From an uncultured delta proteobacterium (lineage in GTDB: Bacteria; Myxococcota_A; Polyangia; Haliangiales; Haliangiaceae), in assembly GCA_963848295.1 (NCBI GenBank), contig CAWKDB010000002.1:288001-352000 (forward strand): 64,000 bases of DNA, written 5' to 3'. The notes below the pieces were generated by a model. It had not been told where the DNA came from. It did no database searches and saw only the letters and a program-made list of their open reading frames with translations. Shown here piece by piece: positions 44,968 through 60,595 of this stretch. A program made the position numbers and the translations under genes. The first letter of the stretch is position 1, and each line of letters opens with the position of its first letter.

Positions 44968-45204
44968 ATGTCGCGCGTTTGCCAAGTCACCGGGAAGAAG
45001 CCGCTCGTCGGCAACAACGTCTCGCACTCGAACCGCCACACGAAGCGCCGGTTCGAGATCAACCTCAAGGACAAGCGGTTCTGGGTCGAAGACGAGAAGC
45101 GCTGGGTCACGATTCGGATCTCGGCGCGCGGTATGCGCCTGATCGACAAGCTCGGCTTGCCCGCGGTGATCGCCGAGATGCGGTCGCGCGGCGAGAAGTT
45201 CTAA
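44968..45204 (+). CDS. rpmB: 50S ribosomal protein L28
   Basis: [37 protein letters not shown]. Confidence 0.97.
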   Translation: MSRVCQVTGKKPLVGNNVSHSNRHTKRRFEINLKDKRFWVEDEKRWVTIRISARGMRLIDKLGLPAVIAEMRSRGEKF

Positions 45205-45215
45205 CGCCGCCCGCG

Positions 45216-46511
45216 ATGCGGTTCGCGGCGGCAGCGCTCGCGATCGCCGCGTGTCACTCCCCGGAGCATCCGCGGTCACAAGCCGTCGGGCAGACGCTCG
45301 ACGTCAGCGCCGGCGGAGCCTTGCGCGGCGTCGCAGGCGATCACGGCGGCGCGCGGCTCTTCACGGCGATCGCGGCGCCCGGTCATACGACGGTCGTCGC
45401 CCGCACGAACGGCGCGATCAGCTGGTCGGCCGACGTGCCCGGCGGCGGAGGCCCGATCGCCGCGAGTCACGGGCTCGTCATCGTCACGACCAGCGCCACC
45501 GGCGGGATCTCGATCGCCGGTGTCCCGCGGGTGCTGCGCGGCGATCCGGGCATCGTCGCGATCGCGCTCGACGCCGGCACCGGTGCGATCAAGTGGGTGC
45601 TACCCGTCGATTCTGGCGAGTGGGCGGTCGCGAGCGCGATCGCCGCGACCGGCGACGGCGTCGTGATCGGCGGATCGTTCAGCGGCACGCTGCGCGCCGG
45701 CGCGAAGGTCGTGACGAGCGCGGGCACCGCGGACGGCTTCGTCGTCAAGCTCGGTGCGGGCGGTGCGGTCGATTGGCTCGTCAGGATGGGCGGGCCCGGC
45801 GGCGATGCGATCACCGGTGTCGCGGCGCGCGGCGATCGCATCGCGATCGCAGGAACGTTCGGGATGGACGCCGACCTGTTCGGCCAGCGGCTCGTCCAGA
45901 TCGACGACCGCTCGCCGCTCGCCGACGGCTTCGTCGCCGAGCTCGATGTCGCCGGCGCCTTGAGCTGGGTCAAGACGTTCGGTGGCCACTACGACGAAGC
46001 AGTCGCCGGCGTCGCGATCGACAACAGCGGACGCGTCGCGGTCGCGTCGAGTGCACGCGGCAAGCTCGCGGTCGGCGGCACCGAGCTGTCCGCGCAAGGT
46101 GCCGGCGATGGCCTGGTCGCGTGGTTCGGCAGCGACGGCGCGGTAGGCGGCGCGACGTTGATCGGCGGCGCCGACTTCGATGGCCTGCGCGCGATCTGCG
46201 CACCCGAAGACGTGAGCGGCGTGGTCGTCGGCGGGTTCTTCTCCGGCTCGATCACGCTCGGCGGCCGCAAGCTCGACGCCGCCGGCGGCGATGACGCCTT
46301 CCTCGCCGCGCTCGACAGCGAGGGCGTGGTCACCGCGGTGTGGCCGGTGAGCGGGCCCGGGCGCGAAGAGATCGTCGCGCTCGCGCCACTCGCCGGCGGT
46401 TTCGTCGCGGGTATCGCGCACACCGCCGCCGTCACGATCGATCGCGCCGCCCTGCCCGCACCCGCCGATCCGATGACCGGCGCCGCGATCGCCGTGCGCG
46501 CCGCGCCTTAG
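45216..46511 (+). CDS. Beta-propeller repeat lipoprotein
   Basis: Lipobox IAAC; repeated GxFxG...DGFV.KL...G...W units. Confidence 0.75.
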   Translation: MRFAAAALAIAACHSPEHPRSQAVGQTLDVSAGGALRGVAGDHGGARLFTAIAAPGHTTVVARTNGAISWSADVPGGGGPIAASHGLVIVTTSATGGISIAGVPRVLRGDPGIVAIALDAGTGAIKWVLPVDSGEWAVASAIAATGDGVVIGGSFSGTLRAGAKVVTSAGTADGFVVKLGAGGAVDWLVRMGGPGGDAITGVAARGDRIAIAGTFGMDADLFGQRLVQIDDRSPLADGFVAELDVAGALSWVKTFGGHYDEAVAGVAIDNSGRVAVASSARGKLAVGGTELSAQGAGDGLVAWFGSDGAVGGATLIGGADFDGLRAICAPEDVSGVVVGGFFSGSITLGGRKLDAAGGDDAFLAALDSEGVVTAVWPVSGPGREEIVALAPLAGGFVAGIAHTAAVTIDRAALPAPADPMTGAAIAVRAAP

Positions 46512-46515
46512 CCCA

Positions 46516-47748
46516 TCACGCTTCGAGCAACATCCGGTCGGGCGCTTCGAGCCGATCCTTGACCGCGACGAGGAACGACACCGCCTCGCGACCGTCGACG
46601 ACGCGGTGGTCGTAGCTCAGCGCCACGTACATCATCGGGCGGACCTTGATCTCGTCGCCGATCACGACCGCGCGCTTGACGATGTTGTGCATGCCGAGGA
46701 TGCCGGTCTGCGGGTAGTTGAGCAGCGGCGTCGACATCATCGAACCGTAGATGCCGCCGTTCGTGATGCTGAACGTCCCGCCGGTGAGATCCGGCAGCGC
46801 CAGCTTCGCGTTGCGCGCGCGGTCCGCGAGCTCCAGGATGCCGGCTTCGATCTCGGCGAACGTGCGCTGGTCGCAATCGCGCAGCACCGGGACGACGAGG
46901 CCCTTCGGCGCCGACACCGCGATGCCGAAATCGTAATGCTTCTTGTAGACGATGCTGCCGGCGACGAGCTCGGCGTTGACGCCGGGGAACAGCTTGCACG
47001 CGGCGACGCAGGCTTTGACGAAGAACGACATGAAGCCGAGCTTGGTGCCGTGGGTCTTCTCGAAGCTGTCTTTGTACCTGGTGCGCAGCTCGATGATCTG
47101 CGTCATGTCGACTTCGTTGAACGTCGTCAGCGACGCCGACTCGTGCTGCGCCTGGACCAGGCGCTCGGCCACGCGCTTGCGCAGCGGCGACATCGGCGCG
47201 ATCTCGTCGCGCGGATCGACTTCGGCGAGGCGAGCCTCCGCGCTCGGTCCGGCCGGTGCGGCGCCGGCGTCGGTGCGCGCCGGCAACGAGCCGTGCTCGC
47301 GAGCGGCGAGACGTTGCGAGGGGGTGAGGCGTAGCAGGGCGTCGCGATCGAGCGACTCGCCGTTGCCGGTGCTCGGTGCGGCGGCGAGGCTGACTGCCGC
47401 CGGGGACGGCTTCGCGGCTGGCGCCGGGGGCGCGGGCTTCGGTACGGTCGGAGCCGCGGCCGGCTTCGGTGGGGCGGGAGCTGCGGCCGGCTTCGTCGCC
47501 GCCGCGCCGGCCTTGCCCGCGTCGACCTGGCCGATCACCTCGCCGACCTTCACGGTCGCGCCGACCGCGGCGCGCTGAGCGCCCATCGCCCCCGCGACCG
47601 GCGACGGCAGCTGCACCGTGATCTTGTCGGTCTCGAGCTCCGCGACCGGCTCGTCGACCGCCACGGCCTCGCCGCTCTGCTTGAGCCAACGTGACACGAC
47701 TGCCTCGACGATCGATTCGCCGAGCGGGGGCACGACCAGATCAGCCAT
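46516..47748 (-). CDS. sucB: 2-oxoglutarate dehydrogenase E2 (dihydrolipoamide succinyltransferase)
   Basis: Lipoyl domain ETDK, LTTFNEVDM, KLGFMSFF, SYDHRVVDG. Confidence 0.96.
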   Translation of the reverse strand: MADLVVPPLGESIVEAVVSRWLKQSGEAVAVDEPVAELETDKITVQLPSPVAGAMGAQRAAVGATVKVGEVIGQVDAGKAGAAATKPAAAPAPPKPAAAPTVPKPAPPAPAAKPSPAAVSLAAAPSTGNGESLDRDALLRLTPSQRLAAREHGSLPARTDAGAAPAGPSAEARLAEVDPRDEIAPMSPLRKRVAERLVQAQHESASLTTFNEVDMTQIIELRTRYKDSFEKTHGTKLGFMSFFVKACVAACKLFPGVNAELVAGSIVYKKHYDFGIAVSAPKGLVVPVLRDCDQRTFAEIEAGILELADRARNAKLALPDLTGGTFSITNGGIYGSMMSTPLLNYPQTGILGMHNIVKRAVVIGDEIKVRPMMYVALSYDHRVVDGREAVSFLVAVKDRLEAPDRMLLEA

Positions 47749-47757
47749 TGCGGCATG

Positions 47758-48732
47758 CTACCGCGGATCGCGAGCGCGCGACCTGATCTCGAAGACATGC
47801 AGTGCGGCGCCGAGCAGACCGTACACGATCATCCGACCGCGGCGCGCGAACGCGAAGGCCAGGCCGAGCGGCCCAGGAAACCCGAGGACCGAAAACAGGT
47901 AGACGGTCGTGCCCTCGAACACGCCGAGCCCGGCCGGAATCGCGAAGCTGATGAACCCGGCGGCGTGATGAAAGCAATAACAGAACACCACCGTGGTCGC
48001 GTCGTGGGGCAAGCCGAGGCCCCACAGCAGCGCGACGAACTCGAGCATCCCGACGAACCGCGACAGCGCGTACCACAGCAACAGGTGCGCGAGTCGACCG
48101 GCGGGCAGCGGCAACAGCTCGGCGTCGCCGGTCGCGCCGAGCCAGCGGCCGAGCGTGCGCCCGAGCTTGCCTGGCAACGGGGTCAACACGAGTACGAAGC
48201 TCGCGAGCCCGGCGGCCGCACCGATCGCGACATAGGTGACGAGCCCGGCGCGCAGCGCCGACGGCAACGCGAACCGCGACAGTCCCCACGCGAGCCCGCC
48301 GGCGGTGACGACCAAGCCGACGCCGTTCTCGATCACGCGATCGCGGATCAGCGCGGTCACGGCACGGTCGACCGGCACGCTCGCGCTCAGCTGGCGGACC
48401 TTGAACGGCTCGCCGCCCACGCCTGCGGCTGGCAACAGGGAGTTATAGCCGTCGCCGATCAGCCGGATCACGACCAGCGCTCGAAACCCGATCGCGTCGT
48501 CCAGCAGGAGCTGGAGCGCGCGCGTGTTGACGAGCGTCCAGCCGAACGCGACGACCAGCGTCAGCGCGAACGCCGGACCGACGATCGCGCAGGCGTCGGC
48601 GATGTCGCCGAGGGAATAGCGCGACACGACAAAGACCAGCAGGCCGACGCCGAAGACGAGGAGGGCGCGATCGATCCAGCGCTTCGCTCCGTGTCGCGAC
48701 CCGATCGGCTCTTTGTTAGCGGTCAAGGACAA
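47758..48732 (-). CDS. Lysylphosphatidylglycerol-synthase TM (UPF0104/flippase-like) membrane protein
   Basis: Multi-TM; NSLLPAAGVGGEPFK and IPAGLGVFEG motifs. Confidence 0.8.
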   Translation of the reverse strand: MSLTANKEPIGSRHGAKRWIDRALLVFGVGLLVFVVSRYSLGDIADACAIVGPAFALTLVVAFGWTLVNTRALQLLLDDAIGFRALVVIRLIGDGYNSLLPAAGVGGEPFKVRQLSASVPVDRAVTALIRDRVIENGVGLVVTAGGLAWGLSRFALPSALRAGLVTYVAIGAAAGLASFVLVLTPLPGKLGRTLGRWLGATGDAELLPLPAGRLAHLLLWYALSRFVGMLEFVALLWGLGLPHDATTVVFCYCFHHAAGFISFAIPAGLGVFEGTTVYLFSVLGFPGPLGLAFAFARRGRMIVYGLLGAALHVFEIRSRARDPR

Positions 48733-48770
48733 CGGTGACGGTGGAGTTCACGTTCAGGTCGACGTCAACG

Positions 48771-48777
<7 letters not shown>
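48721..48777 (-). repeat. Degenerate hexamer element, copy A (overlaps the sucA stop)
   Basis: ACGTTGACGTTGACGTCGACCTGAACGTGAAC...; 47 of 57 nt identical, ungapped, to 59616..59672. Confidence 0.8.
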
Positions 48778-51689
<2,912 letters not shown>

Positions 51690-51708
51690 GAGCGCTAGGA
51701 TACTCCGA

Positions 51709-52356
51709 TCAGCGCGGCGCGGCCTTCGCGCGCAGCGCGTCGACGACATCGGCCCCCAACTTCGGCGCGTCGATTCGGACGCTCGCGGCACGGACGAGCT
51801 TCGGGAGCTCGACGATCGTCAGCTTCGGTTGCGCGTCGATCACGAGCTCGTGATCGATGGATTCCAGCTGCGACGCGTCGATCATCTCGAGATCGTAGTT
51901 GTCGGTGACGACGAGCGATCCGGGCAGCGTGCGCAGCCCCGGCACGATCAGGGCGGTCAACGCCACGTTGTTCTCGACATCGATCCGACCCGCGCGTTCG
52001 AGCAACGGCAAGAACAGCCCGCTCAACGAGCCGTTGCCGATGACCTCGACCGCGCCGCCGACCGACCGAAGATTGTACAACGCGACCTCGTCGATGCCGA
52101 CCGTCGGGCCGACCACGAGGTCGCCGGAGATCTCGACGAGCCCGCGCAGCGGCGACGTATCGAGCGTCGCACCCGTACGGATCACGACGCTCCTCGCCGA
52201 CTTGCAGATCGCGAACGCGGTGACGTCGGCTTGGCTCGCGAGCACGACCGTGCGGTCGGCCGCACAGCGCGCCGGATCCGGGCCACGGACCCAGAAGCAC
52301 CCGGCGAGGCCGAGGACGAGGACCACGATGGCCGCGGTTGGATCGCCCCGCTTCAT
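51709..52356 (-). CDS. Receptor L-domain-like leucine-rich lipoprotein
   Basis: Lipobox LAGC; repeats L..I.G.L.V..N..L..L.LP.L. Confidence 0.75.
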   Translation of the reverse strand: MKRGDPTAAIVVLVLGLAGCFWVRGPDPARCAADRTVVLASQADVTAFAICKSARSVVIRTGATLDTSPLRGLVEISGDLVVGPTVGIDEVALYNLRSVGGAVEVIGNGSLSGLFLPLLERAGRIDVENNVALTALIVPGLRTLPGSLVVTDNYDLEMIDASQLESIDHELVIDAQPKLTIVELPKLVRAASVRIDAPKLGADVVDALRAKAAPR

Positions 52357-53111
52357 TTCGTGACGGGCGCGTCGACCGCTTCGCCGTTGCACGCGCGGAC
52401 GTAGCGCCGGACCGCTTCGGCGAGCCCGAGATAGAGCGCATCGGCGAGCAGCGCGTGACCGATCGAGGCCTCGGCGATCTGGGGCACTTCGCGCGCGAGC
52501 AGCGGCAGGTTGCGCAAGTCGAGATCGTGGCCGGCGTTGACCGCCATGCCGCACTCGACCGCGGCCTTCGCGGTCTCCCGCACGCGGTCGAGCTCGATCT
52601 TGAGCTGCGGGGTCCGCCACGCCGCCGCGTACGGCTCGGTATAGATCTCGATGCGATCGGCGCCGGTCGCCGCCGCTGCCGGCATCATCGCCGGGTCGGG
52701 ATCGACGAAGATCGCGGTGCGAATCCCGCGCGCCTTGAGCCGCGCGACGATCGGCGCGACCACCGCGTGTTGCGCCGGCAAGTCCCAACCGTGATTGCTC
52801 GTGACCTCGCCGGGCACGACCGGCACGAGCGTGAACTGGGTGACGAGCAACTCCTCGGCGAGCGCGATCAGCTCCGGGCGTTCGTCGCCTTCGAGGTTGA
52901 GCTCGGCGCCGCGGTCCTTGCACAGCTGGCGCAGCACGCGCACATCGTCGGCCTTCGCGTGGCGATTGTCGGCGCGCCAATGCAGCGTTAACCCGGAGGC
53001 GCCCGCGTCGAGGCACGCGATGCCGGCGAGTCGCGGCGACGGATTGATCCCGCCGCGCGAGTTACGGAGCAACGCGACCTTGTTGAGATTGACCGACAGC
53101 CGGATCGGCAC
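52353..53111 (-). CDS. pdxJ: Pyridoxine 5'-phosphate synthase
   Basis: [48 protein letters not shown]. Confidence 0.95.
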   Translation of the reverse strand: MPIRLSVNLNKVALLRNSRGGINPSPRLAGIACLDAGASGLTLHWRADNRHAKADDVRVLRQLCKDRGAELNLEGDERPELIALAEELLVTQFTLVPVVPGEVTSNHGWDLPAQHAVVAPIVARLKARGIRTAIFVDPDPAMMPAAAATGADRIEIYTEPYAAAWRTPQLKIELDRVRETAKAAVECGMAVNAGHDLDLRNLPLLAREVPQIAEASIGHALLADALYLGLAEAVRRYVRACNGEAVDAPVTK

Positions 53112-53124
53112 GCGCCGATCTGTA

Positions 53125-53862
53125 TCACGCCTTGGCGTCGGAGCCGGCGGGCAGCGCGCGCAGCGCCGGCGGCGCGAGCACGCCGAGCACGAGCGCGACC
53201 GTGCTGGCGCCGAGCGTCGCATACGCGCCCCACGACAACACCGCGGTCAGCGCCGAGCCGAGATAAATGAGGATGCCGGCGAGCACGAGGCCACCGGCGA
53301 GGCCGGCGAGCTGCTTGCCTTTGGCCGAGCGGCTCGCGGCGAGGCCGACGACAGCGCCGATCGGCACGAGCCAGAGCGCGTACATCATCACGCCGAACGC
53401 CGACGCCATCTCGCGCTTGTCCGAGTCGAGCAGCGAGCGGAACATCGAATCGGAGTCCCACGGCGCGACGAACCCGGCGAGCACGACGAGCCCGCCGAGC
53501 GCGCGCAGGCTGGCGTAGCGTTGCGAGGTGCCGGCGAGCATCGCGGCGGCACCGCCCAGCACGAGCCAGGTCGCGAGATCCGCGTCGAGCATCGCGTGCG
53601 TCGACTTGAGCAGGACATCGCCGCACACGAGCAAGCCGGCGACGATCGCCGCGAGCCGCGCGTACTCGGTGCGCGCGGCGCCGAGCAAGGCGACGCCCGA
53701 CAGCGGCACGAGGAACAGCCAGTGGTTGTCGTCCCAGGCGATGCCGAGCCCGGTCGCGGAGTGGCCGAAGATACTCACCCACGGCAAGAAGAACGCGATA
53801 AGGAGAACCGCCCCTGCGCTCGATAGCGCGCCTTCGGCCCACGGCGCCATGCGTTTTTCCAT
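53125..53862 (-). CDS. Membrane protein with internal duplication
   Basis: FFLPW...WLFLVP and FVAPW...LWLVP halves; multi-TM. Confidence 0.65.
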   Translation of the reverse strand: MEKRMAPWAEGALSSAGAVLLIAFFLPWVSIFGHSATGLGIAWDDNHWLFLVPLSGVALLGAARTEYARLAAIVAGLLVCGDVLLKSTHAMLDADLATWLVLGGAAAMLAGTSQRYASLRALGGLVVLAGFVAPWDSDSMFRSLLDSDKREMASAFGVMMYALWLVPIGAVVGLAASRSAKGKQLAGLAGGLVLAGILIYLGSALTAVLSWGAYATLGASTVALVLGVLAPPALRALPAGSDAKA

Positions 53863-53940
53863 GGCCTCGACGCTACCAGACCGCGGCCGGCGTGCCAGCG
53901 GCAACGCCGAACGAGCGCGACAAATGGCGCGATCTATTTG

Positions 53941-55176
53941 TTACGGCGCGATCGGCGTGATCACGATCTTGCCGGTCCCCGTCTGCACTCCCGGTGTCAT
54001 CATGATCGTGGTGAGCGTGCCGGTCCACGACGAGCCGCCACCGCCACCACCACCGCCGCAGTAGCCGAGCGACGAGCCGCCGCCGCCGAAGTAGCCACCG
54101 CCGCCGCCCGCCGTGCCGCCGTCCGTCTCGAAGCACACCGGCTCGATCGCTTCCTGCCCCGGGTCGCCCGCGCCACCTTGACCGAGCACGCCCGCGGTCG
54201 CACACGTCGACGGCGGGTGATAGGTCTCGCATGACGGCGCGCCGCCACTCGTCGCGCCGCCGCCACCGCCACCGCCCGCGTGGGGTGCGGTCGTCGCGGT
54301 ACCACCCAAGTTTCCACCCGGGAGGCCGTTCGCGCCGGCATACCCAGCGCCGCCCGCGCCGCCGCAGTAGTTGGTGCCGCACGTGCCGCCGCCACCCGCG
54401 CCGCCGATGTAGTCGCCCGGCGCGTCACCGACGCCGCCGGCGCCACCGCCACCCGCGACGATCACGCGCGTCGAGATATCAGCCGCGGTCCGCACGTCCG
54501 AAGCGTCGCCGCCGTTCGGCACCGGGGCGCTCAGCGTCACGCCGGCGCCGCCGCCGTTCCACCGCGCTTGACCGCCGACGTACGCGAGCAGCTGCTCGCC
54601 AGGAGTCACCGCCATCACGCCGGACGCATAGCCTCCGAGCCCGCCGGCGGTCGCGCCCTTGAAGTCGACGCCGGCCGCGCCCCAGGCTTCGATCTTGATC
54701 GAGTGCGTCTGGCCGGGAACCGTATAGGTCTGCGGCGCGCCGGTGTACGTGAACATCTGCGGCCCCGCGGTGAACGTCGCGGTGACCGTCGTCGGCCCGT
54801 TCATGGTCACGACGCACGTCGTCGCGCCGCTGCAGGCGCCCGACCAGCCGACAAACGTAGAGCCCGCGACCGGCTGCACGTCGAGCGTGACCATCGCGCC
54901 GTCGTCGTAGCTCGCGGTGCACGTCGCACCACATGCGATGTCGCCGTCGGTGGAGCTGATCACGCCGTCGCCCGTACCGGCCTTCACGACCGTGAGCCCG
55001 GCCTCGGTCGGCCCGGAATCCCCGCCACCACCGCCGCCGCCGCCACCACCACCGCCCCCGCCGCCCGTATCGGGGCCAATCGCACTGCCCTTCGCACACG
55101 CGGCGAAGCCGAGGCAAAGCGCGAGGCGCGCGATGTGAGATTGCAACAAGTCCATCACCCCGACCGTGACCGCCAT
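53941..55176 (-). CDS. Lipoprotein with InlB-B-like repeat and glycine-rich domain
   Basis: Lipobox FAAC; GSTFVGWSGACSG...VTATF repeat; GGDASDVR..VIVAGGGG and GGGGGYFGGG glycine-rich domain. Confidence 0.8.
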   Translation of the reverse strand: MAVTVGVMDLLQSHIARLALCLGFAACAKGSAIGPDTGGGGGGGGGGGGGGGDSGPTEAGLTVVKAGTGDGVISSTDGDIACGATCTASYDDGAMVTLDVQPVAGSTFVGWSGACSGATTCVVTMNGPTTVTATFTAGPQMFTYTGAPQTYTVPGQTHSIKIEAWGAAGVDFKGATAGGLGGYASGVMAVTPGEQLLAYVGGQARWNGGGAGVTLSAPVPNGGDASDVRTAADISTRVIVAGGGGAGGVGDAPGDYIGGAGGGGTCGTNYCGGAGGAGYAGANGLPGGNLGGTATTAPHAGGGGGGGATSGGAPSCETYHPPSTCATAGVLGQGGAGDPGQEAIEPVCFETDGGTAGGGGGYFGGGGSSLGYCGGGGGGGGSSWTGTLTTIMMTPGVQTGTGKIVITPIAP

Positions 55177-55214
55177 CCTACCGTAACCGCCCGGGCGGCC
55201 GGGAGGGGATCGAC

Positions 55215-58145
<2,931 letters not shown>

Positions 58146-58177
58146 GGCGGACCCGCGTTGCTACCGCACAAGTCGGA

Positions 58178-58834
58178 TCAATGCACGCACAGCAACGCGA
58201 TCGTCCATGACGGGTCCGGCGGTGTGCCGTCGGGCCACCACTCGGTCGTCACCGCGCAACTGTCGGCCTGCGATACGTCGGTCGCGATCCGATACATGCC
58301 GGGGGTGGTCGGCGCGGTCATCGCGAACCCGGTGACCGTGCCGGTGACGCCGTTGACGTGGTTGACCGTGCCGTCATAGCCGCAGCCTCGGCGGCCGCCG
58401 GTCATGTCGTAGCCGATCTCGATCTGATCGATGCAGTTGCCGCTGCACCGGTCTTCGTCGAGCACGTAGTGGAACCCGACCGCGAGGTCGGCCCCGGGCG
58501 TCGCGCTCACGAGCTGGCCCTGGGTCGACACGTCGATCGCGGACAGCGTGATCGTCATCGCCGTGCCGTCGTTGCCGGCGCGGGTCTCCATGATCGTCAG
58601 GCCGGGCGGCGTTGGGCTCGGGCCGCACAACCAGTCGTCGACGTCATCGCACACGCCGTCGCCATCGACGTCGACGCAGGCATCGGGCGGCACGAACGCG
58701 TCGGGCGTCGCGCTGCCGCTGTCGCTCCCCTGCGGTCGAGCGTCGAGCGTGCCTGGGCTGCTGTCGATCGCCTGCGAACCGTTGCGCGTGAATCCGCAGG
58801 CGGTGACGAAGACCATCGCGACGAGCCAGCGCAC
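58178..58834 (-). CDS. Cys-rich lipoprotein with DxDGDG Ca-binding-like motif
   Basis: Lipobox TAC; DVDGDGVCDDVD. Confidence 0.7.
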   Translation of the reverse strand: MRWLVAMVFVTACGFTRNGSQAIDSSPGTLDARPQGSDSGSATPDAFVPPDACVDVDGDGVCDDVDDWLCGPSPTPPGLTIMETRAGNDGTAMTITLSAIDVSTQGQLVSATPGADLAVGFHYVLDEDRCSGNCIDQIEIGYDMTGGRRGCGYDGTVNHVNGVTGTVTGFAMTAPTTPGMYRIATDVSQADSCAVTTEWWPDGTPPDPSWTIALLCVH

Positions 58835-58902
58835 CGATCCAGCCTACACCGGGGCGGAACGGCCCTGGGCTTTTTCCCGGGGCGGCGCTACGGTCCCCGA
58901 CG

Positions 58903-59613
58903 ATGCGGACCCTCATCGCGATCGCCCTGTTCACCGCGGCGTGCTCGAAGTCACCCAAGGAGGCTGCCCCGGCCGCCCCGACCGGGGATCCACCGCCCGC
59001 GGCCAAGACGGTCGAGGCTCGCGCTCACGCCGAGCCCGCGCTGACCGCGAACAGCTTTGACCCCGCCAGCCTGCCCCCCGCCGGCACCGCGCCGCCCCCG
59101 GTCACCGTCACCAAGGAGCTCGACTCGATGTGGACTGCCCCGATCAAGACCCTCAAGGGCGAACCGACCACGCTCGCCGCCTACAAGGGCAAAGCGCTGA
59201 TGCTCGTCAACGTCGCGTCGAAGTGCGGCAACACCCCGCAGTACGCGACGCTCGAAGCGCTGCAGAAGAAATATGAAGCGAAGGGCTTCACCGTGATCGG
59301 CTTCCCGTGCAACCAGTTCGGCGGCCAGGAGCCGGGGACCGCGGAAGAGATCCAGACGTTCTGCGCGACCAACTACGGGGTCACGTTCCCGATCATGGAG
59401 AAGATCGAGGTCAACGGCGACAAGCGTCACGAGATCTACAAGGCGCTGACGCCGATCAAGGACGCGTCGGGTCGCGACGGCGACATCCAGTGGAACTTCG
59501 AAAAGTTCGTGGTGTCGGCCGACGGCACGAAGGTCACCCGATTCTCGCCGCGCCAGAAGCCGGACGATCCGGCCGTGATCGCGGCGGTCGAAGCGGCGCT
59601 GCCGAAGTCCTAA
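58903..59613 (+). CDS. Glutathione peroxidase (Cys type) with lipoprotein signal
   Basis: NVASKCG, GFPCNQFGGQEPG, WNFEKF; lipobox AAC. Confidence 0.95.
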   Translation: MRTLIAIALFTAACSKSPKEAAPAAPTGDPPPAAKTVEARAHAEPALTANSFDPASLPPAGTAPPPVTVTKELDSMWTAPIKTLKGEPTTLAAYKGKALMLVNVASKCGNTPQYATLEALQKKYEAKGFTVIGFPCNQFGGQEPGTAEEIQTFCATNYGVTFPIMEKIEVNGDKRHEIYKALTPIKDASGRDGDIQWNFEKFVVSADGTKVTRFSPRQKPDDPAVIAAVEAALPKS

Positions 59614-59615
59614 GT

Positions 59616-59672
59616 ACGTTGACGTTGACCTGAACGTGAACCTGAACCCCACCGTCGACGCTGTCGTTGACC
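59616..59672 (+). repeat. Degenerate hexamer element, copy B (just after the peroxidase stop)
   Basis: ACGTTGACGTTGACCTGAACGTGAACCTGAAC... Confidence 0.8.
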
Positions 59673-60052
59673 GATCGCGAGTTGTCCGCGCCCGCGCGTT
59701 ACGAGCGAGCCATCAGCTCGTCGTGACGGCCTCAGAGCGCTGTCGACTAAATCGCCGATTTGATGTTCTCATTGTCGCAGAACCAACCATCCTGACCGCG
59801 ACCATCGTGGTGGGTGGTCTCGTCTACTATGGGCTCTTCGGCCGTGAGCCGATGGATCGGTCGAAGCCAAGCAACAACGACCACTCGCCGTGCGATCATG
59901 ATGAGCATCGAAACGACGAGCCGCCAGTATTCGAACCGTCTTGCTACGCGAATGGCCGTGCGGGCATGTGCATCAGCATTAGCCGTTGCGAGGGCGCCCA
60001 CGTTGCCGGGTTCTGTGAAGGGCCACCGGAGATCCAGTGCTGCGTCCGCTAA
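59636..60052 (+). CDS. Small protein with TM segment and 5-Cys C-terminal module (start uncertain)
   Basis: CYANGRAGMCISISRC...GFCEGPPEIQCC; lower GC than flanks. Confidence 0.5.
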   Translation: MNLNPTVDAVVDRSRVVRARALRASHQLVVTASERCRLNRRFDVLIVAEPTILTATIVVGGLVYYGLFGREPMDRSKPSNNDHSPCDHDEHRNDEPPVFEPSCYANGRAGMCISISRCEGAHVAGFCEGPPEIQCCVR

Positions 60053-60072
60053 ACGCCCCGAAAGCGGGCCGT

Positions 60073-60134
60073 GTCGAGGTCAAGGTCGACGTTTTTCGTT
60101 CACGTTCAAGTTCACGTCGACGTCAAGGTCAACG
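60073..60134 (-). repeat. Degenerate hexamer element, copy C (just after the queD stop, inverted relative to copy B)
   Basis: Minus strand reads CGTTGACCTTGACGTCGACGTGAACTTGAACGTGAAC. Confidence 0.75.
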
Positions 60135-60136
60135 CT

Positions 60137-60499
60137 TTACGCGCCGCGGTAGATGCAGCGCGACGTCGGCGTCTCCGACACCACGACCTCCGCGAGATCG
60201 GGCAGCGTCGCGTGCAGGCGCTGCCACCACCACGCGGCGAGCAGCTCGCTCGTCGGGTTGTCGAGGCCGGGCAGCTCGTTGAGCACGTGGTGATCGAGCT
60301 CGCGGACGAGCGGCAGCGCGCGCTCGTCGATCGCAGCGAAGTCGACCAACCAGCCGAGCTCGCGATCGACCTCGCCTTCGATCGCGACCGTGATCTCGTA
60401 GCTGTGGCCGTGCATCCGCGCGCACTTGTGGCCGGGCGGCACTTTCGCCAAAAAGTGCGCCGCTTCGAACCGATAGTTGCGCTCGAGGCGCGTCCGCAT
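60137..60499 (-). CDS. queD: 6-carboxy-5,6,7,8-tetrahydropterin synthase
   Basis: FEAAH, C..MHGHSY, VDF, LDH..LN, NPTSE, V.ET. Confidence 0.93.
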   Translation of the reverse strand: MRTRLERNYRFEAAHFLAKVPPGHKCARMHGHSYEITVAIEGEVDRELGWLVDFAAIDERALPLVRELDHHVLNELPGLDNPTSELLAAWWWQRLHATLPDLAEVVVSETPTSRCIYRGA

Positions 60500-60595
60500 C
60501 GCCGGCTTTGTAGCACGGAGGCCGAGCGCGAGGCGCGTTGCCCCTACTTGCGGGAATCTTCCCTGCTGCCGTCGGCATCGGTATAGATTCCGACC

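Noticed and set aside
37554..45279. Very long opposite-strand ORFs (37554..40715 +, 41887..45279 -; likewise 55689..58379 +)
   Set aside because: Arg/Ala-rich shadow ORFs antisense to real genes, as expected in high-GC DNA.
58903..59613. Glutathione peroxidase as a second selenoprotein
   Set aside because: The active-site codon is TGC (NVASKCG), not TGA.
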